From: a virus
Taxonomy: Duplodnaviria > Caudoviricetes
DNA length: 52,469 nucleotides
Virus record (IMG/VR): IMGVR_UViG_3300032224_001181
Location: 1 to 52,469 of that record
Direction: 5' to 3' (one strand)
Made by a program: the position numbers and the translations under genes. Positions 49,091-52,469 of this stretch are shown here, in pieces (position 1 is the first letter of the stretch; every line of letters starts with the position of its first letter). The notes beneath the pieces are model-generated. The model did no database searches. It was not told the DNA's origin and worked only from the letters and a program-made list of their open reading frames with translations.

Positions 49091-50378
49091 TAAAGTATTC
49101 CTTGCAATACATAATTAGTTCTTTTGATGCTGGAGGTCTTATTTTTTTCTTAGCATGAAATAGATTATAGTTATGTTCTAAAATTGGTCTCATACTTTCA
49201 TACCAGGATATCTTATCTTCGATAGCATCTATCTGTTTAAGTACATCAATAATAGCCTGCATTCTATCCAAGGTTGGTAACTCATCGTACTCTTCACTTA
49301 TAAAATCGCTAAATGTTTTGTAGCCCATGTCTCTTAGTTTAGACAAGGACCCCTTGCCACCTAATATAATAAAAGGATGCATACATGCAATAGGCTTAAA
49401 AGTCTTTTCACTTATAAAAACAGATTGATCACTGTCCACAAATATGGGTTCGCTGACTACACTTATCCATGTGTCTTGACAAATATCATGTCTAATTCTA
49501 TTGATATAAAAAGAATCGTCCAAAACATTGTTAGGAGTACTATCTATCAATAAAGGTAGCATAGATCTTGCTTCCTGGAGAACTACAGGGTCTGGTTGCT
49601 GACCTTCTATTGAAACATATTCAAATGTGTTGGTGCTTACCAGTCCTGATTCTAACAATCCTGCTTTGTATAATTCTAAAAAGAACCAGGACCTATGTGG
49701 GCGGGGGCGTTTTTGCAAACAGTTAAAAGTCTTAATTGCATGTGTCTTTTTGTACTTCAATTCTTTGTCAAAACTGATAGTTAGATCTAGGCCTTCTGCG
49801 ATCCATTGCACGTGATTTTCAAAATGCGGAAACGGAATAGTCTTCATTCTATCTTTGATATTATTCGATGTACACCAATTATCATAACTACTTTCTACAG
49901 TTAGATCGCCGGTGGCATAAATCACGCCTGCTGGAGGTATGTTGTATTTGATAAATTGTGTGTGAAACCAATTCCATAGCCAAGGAACATGATATCCTTC
50001 TAAACATTGATCTAACAACAATACTGCGCGACCTTCTTGTAGGTCTTTTAGATATTTTGGGCTTAGCCAATGAAACAAACTGTTACCACCTTTAGGTTCT
50101 GTCCAATCTACAGGATGGTGTCTAACACCTGACGCTATCACATATTGTTGAGGAGCGTCTTCTACTCTAAATATTTGTTCACTAAGAACTATTTCTGTTT
50201 TACGTTTTTCATACAGGTCGTACTTGAGAGTAGTATCAGCGAGGATACAGGGATGAAACCTAGTTGCGCCTGATCTTAATATATCAGGGCACTGGGTTAG
50301 GTTTTCTTTACCTGGATCAATTTGTTCAAAAACAAAATTAAGCAGATAAGGTTTGGCAACTGTTGTAGAAGGATTCAA
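49080..50378 (-). CDS. Hypothetical protein with GT10-like SEK motif (start uncertain; TTG 50378 preferred)
   Basis: R.HR, VVSE..FISEKTFKPI..HPFI..G..L..GYKTF. Confidence 0.55.
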   Translation of the reverse strand: MNPSTTVAKPYLLNFVFEQIDPGKENLTQCPDILRSGATRFHPCILADTTLKYDLYEKRKTEIVLSEQIFRVEDAPQQYVIASGVRHHPVDWTEPKGGNSLFHWLSPKYLKDLQEGRAVLLLDQCLEGYHVPWLWNWFHTQFIKYNIPPAGVIYATGDLTVESSYDNWCTSNNIKDRMKTIPFPHFENHVQWIAEGLDLTISFDKELKYKKTHAIKTFNCLQKRPRPHRSWFFLELYKAGLLESGLVSTNTFEYVSIEGQQPDPVVLQEARSMLPLLIDSTPNNVLDDSFYINRIRHDICQDTWISVVSEPIFVDSDQSVFISEKTFKPIACMHPFIILGGKGSLSKLRDMGYKTFSDFISEEYDELPTLDRMQAIIDVLKQIDAIEDKISWYESMRPILEHNYNLFHAKKKIRPPASKELIMYCKEYFNVH

Positions 50379-51678
50379 GTTCCGGAAAGGTCTTGAGAAA
50401 ATCTGTATTGCGTCGTCGATCATACTCAGTAAACCAATTGTAAAAATCTTTACGTCCTTCATTAATTTTTTTATCGTCATAATTTGTGTGTTTCATGTAC
50501 TCTACTACGCGACTAAACTTTTCAATTTCTAATTCTGAAAATTTATTTCTACGCATATATTCCAATGATATTTCCATATAGGGCATGTAATCATCTTTGG
50601 GCAATAGATTCATATCGTATTGCAAGGGCTCTTTTAGGTAAGGTGTATCAAAGCGGATACGTTGCTTGCGACTAAACCAGCTGTTGTATTTCCTACGCCA
50701 TTCTAGTATCTTAAACAACAATGAACTAAAGTTTGTAACAGTTAGTATGTTAAATGTACACATGAATGTAATTGGCTGTTTTGTCTTAGTTAGATATGTG
50801 TCTAGGTTCTTTTCCCATACAGCAAGATCTAAGCCAGTGCGTAGATACTCGGCAGGTGCTCCCCATGTATCTATACTGGTAAACAATTTGAAATGTTTGA
50901 TCTTGCCTTCTTTGAGTAATGCATTAACCTTAACGACCAAGCGTTCCATTAGCACAGGTTTAACTCCAAGGTTACTGTTGATATTAATCTCTAGATTGGG
51001 TTTTGGATTAACTGCTAGGTCATCCAACAACTTCCATGTTGACTGTTGTAGTAAAGGCTCACCACCTGTAATGCGTAAGATGTTTAGAGTCTTGCTGACT
51101 TCTGGCCACCACCGCCACCATGCTTCAACATATGGATTGGTTTCTTCTTCATAGATTGTAAGGTAGTCTATATCATTACGATGATTCTTAACCATTGTGT
51201 AAGGACCATGATCTTTGATTTCTTTATAATATGCAGAGCTATGCTTAGGATGGCAATAGCCGCATTTGAAGTTGCACTCATTACCAAAGCTGATTTCAAT
51301 GTATTCTGGATTTACAGGAGCTAGAGGATTAGCTTTGATAGCTCTAAGTCTTTCTTCTGTGTAGATACTGGCATTGCGTTCATGTCGATCGCTAATATGA
51401 TCTCCTTCCAATGCTTCTATGTTCCAACAATACTGACATCCGCTAGGTTTTTTACCATCTAGCATCTGTTGTCGCTCTAGTGTCTTCTGTGGAGTATTGT
51501 GCAATACGCCAGGATCTGCTAGATCTAATGGTATGTCGTGAGGGCGTGGGTGATAACAACTATGTGTCTGTCCGCTCTGTAGATAGATAGTTGTGTGGTG
51601 CCATTTAGCCAAACAAAATGTAGGACTTATCTCGTTAGCGATTGGTATTATTTTATGTATGCGACTTATTTCACTCAA
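50338..51678 (-). CDS. Radical SAM protein with N-terminal twitch-like domain
   Basis: TTG start with GAGG RBS; FCLAKW..SCYH..C.YC, CNFKCGYC, TGGEP, SID. Confidence 0.9.
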   Translation of the reverse strand: MSEISRIHKIIPIANEISPTFCLAKWHHTTIYLQSGQTHSCYHPRPHDIPLDLADPGVLHNTPQKTLERQQMLDGKKPSGCQYCWNIEALEGDHISDRHERNASIYTEERLRAIKANPLAPVNPEYIEISFGNECNFKCGYCHPKHSSAYYKEIKDHGPYTMVKNHRNDIDYLTIYEEETNPYVEAWWRWWPEVSKTLNILRITGGEPLLQQSTWKLLDDLAVNPKPNLEININSNLGVKPVLMERLVVKVNALLKEGKIKHFKLFTSIDTWGAPAEYLRTGLDLAVWEKNLDTYLTKTKQPITFMCTFNILTVTNFSSLLFKILEWRRKYNSWFSRKQRIRFDTPYLKEPLQYDMNLLPKDDYMPYMEISLEYMRRNKFSELEIEKFSRVVEYMKHTNYDDKKINEGRKDFYNWFTEYDRRRNTDFLKTFPELESFYNSCQTLSA

Positions 51679-51682
51679 GAGA

Positions 51683-51732
51683 AACCCTCAGTAATTAAAA
51701 GCTATTTTCATAGTAGTAATTATCTGAGGGTT
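51683..51732 (-). promoter_or_regulatory. Hairpin sequestering the radical SAM RBS, containing a TAATTA box and a 7-codon uORF
   Basis: AACCCTCAG-TAATTA (51683-51697) pairs with TAATTA-T-CTGAGGGTT (51717-51732); uORF MKIAFNY* at 51688-51711. Confidence 0.6.
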
Positions 51733-51740
51733 AGCTGGGT

Positions 51741-51860
51741 TTAACGATCTTGTGGTTTTGGTATTGAATTGATCAAATGGATCATTAGCGTGTGTATTGC
51801 TTCACCTAGTGTTTTAGGTACCCGAACTGCTTCCGCGAGGAAGTTATTGTGTAAAACCAT
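51741..51860 (-). CDS. 39-aa hypothetical protein (not in ORF track)
   Basis: AAGGAG RBS, ATG 51860, MVLHNNFLAEAVRVPKTLGEAIHTLMIHLINSIPKPQDR, TAA at 51741. Confidence 0.55.
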   Translation of the reverse strand: MVLHNNFLAEAVRVPKTLGEAIHTLMIHLINSIPKPQDR

Positions 51861-51870
51861 TGTGGTCTCC

Positions 51871-52122
51871 TTATTTGCCGCTGTAGTCTTTGACTACGCC
51901 GCCGTGACGCTCGCTTTGTCCCTTGGCTCCGGCTTTGCCTTTTAGGGGTTTTCCGGAACCTTTCTTGCCCTGTTGGCCGCTACCATCTGTGTGGTCGCTG
52001 TCATGGGCAGTATACCCTAGACTAACGCATTGGTTATAACGGACACGGCTCATACTGTGTCCACCTTTGCACTGGCTACGGGTTGGGTTTGCGATTTCTG
52101 ATATGAATTCAATGGCTCTCAT
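51871..52122 (-). CDS. Small G/K-rich basic protein
   Basis: Start ATG 52122 (TAAATA-N5-ATG); MRAIEFISE... low-complexity basic tail. Confidence 0.65.
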   Translation of the reverse strand: MRAIEFISEIANPTRSQCKGGHSMSRVRYNQCVSLGYTAHDSDHTDGSGQQGKKGSGKPLKGKAGAKGQSERHGGVVKDYSGK

Positions 52123-52123
52123 A

Positions 52124-52468
52124 TCAGTATTTATTGGTATCGCGCTCTTTATAAAAGATATGCCCACCAATTCTATTCACAGTCTCTTTGCCATGCACCC
52201 ATGCAGGACGTATGCCTGTTGCGTGAAAGTATAGAGCATCTGCGTACTTTGATCTGAGGTCCTCATAATTCTCAGGATCACTTAACAACACCAAAGCAAC
52301 ACGCTGGCTTTCAACCCATCGTTCATCGTTACTCTTGGGGTTCTTGACAAACATGCAACGCCAGCTAAACTGACAGATGCTGATCTTAGACCATACTGTT
52401 TGTGTTTCTTTAATCGTACGGAAGTATTCCCGCTTTTCGATTATTTGATGTTTAGGAATGTCCTTAGT
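52124..52468 (-). CDS. Cell wall hydrolase, SleB/Hydrolase_2 family (5' end off the window)
   Basis: Frame open to the window edge; CQFSW, ALYFHA, P.W, RIGGHIFY. Confidence 0.85.
   Translation of the reverse strand, partial: TKDIPKHQIIEKREYFRTIKETQTVWSKISICQFSWRCMFVKNPKSNDERWVESQRVALVLLSDPENYEDLRSKYADALYFHATGIRPAWVHGKETVNRIGGHIFYKERDTNKY
52128..52133 (-). promoter_or_regulatory. TAAATA late-promoter-like box
   Basis: Exactly 5 nt upstream of ATG 52122, inside the hydrolase 3' end. Confidence 0.55.
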
Positions 52469-52469
52469 C

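Noticed and set aside
2809-51154. Many 60-160-aa nested or antisense ORFs in the track (e.g. 2809, 12624, 18805, 25198, 30388, 50666)
   Set aside because: Lie within or almost wholly within motif-bearing CDSs, with no recognisable motifs of their own
1-52469. Alternative genetic code (stop recoding as in some large phages)
   Set aside because: Genes are full length in code 11, and TAA, TGA and TAG all end genes at coupled junctions
1-52469. CRISPR array, rRNA, transposase/integrase, intron/intein, DGR
   Set aside because: No regularly spaced repeats, no long non-coding stretch, no RT/recombinase/intein motifs noticed by eye

Overview
AT-rich, very gene-dense segment (ATGA/TAATG-coupled operons, standard genetic code) that reads as part of a large tailed dsDNA phage genome; this origin is inferred, as no capsid or terminase gene is in the window. 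Supporting signs are T4-late-like TAAATA boxes at all six divergent junctions, three paralogous virion-type proteins, a SleB-type cell wall hydrolase and a GH19 lysozyme relic. After a short structural block (1.7-7.8 kb), including a 1441-aa subtilase + Ig + esterase + virion-type domain fusion, about 44 kb is a continuous 'chemistry island'. It holds 9 radical SAM enzymes (one B12-dependent), 13 HxD..H 2OG-Fe(II)/cupin-type oxygenases (7 in a paralogous array), 5 SGNH-like proteins, 4-5 glycosyltransferase-like proteins, a carbamoyltransferase, amidinotransferase, sulfotransferase, desaturase, SAM decarboxylase, two PLP enzymes, a methyltransferase, an SDR and a HAD-nucleotidyltransferase. 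The window also encodes two flavin-halogenase-like proteins and its own IscU and IscA. Features missing from the ORF track: a halogenase-like CDS running off the left edge, a 33-aa PFIY peptide coupled to the carbamoyltransferase, a degenerate tRNA-Gly overprinted by two convergent CDS ends, a 39-aa ORF, and an RBS-sequestering hairpin with an internal uORF. All product calls are from motif recognition by eye; no database searches were run.
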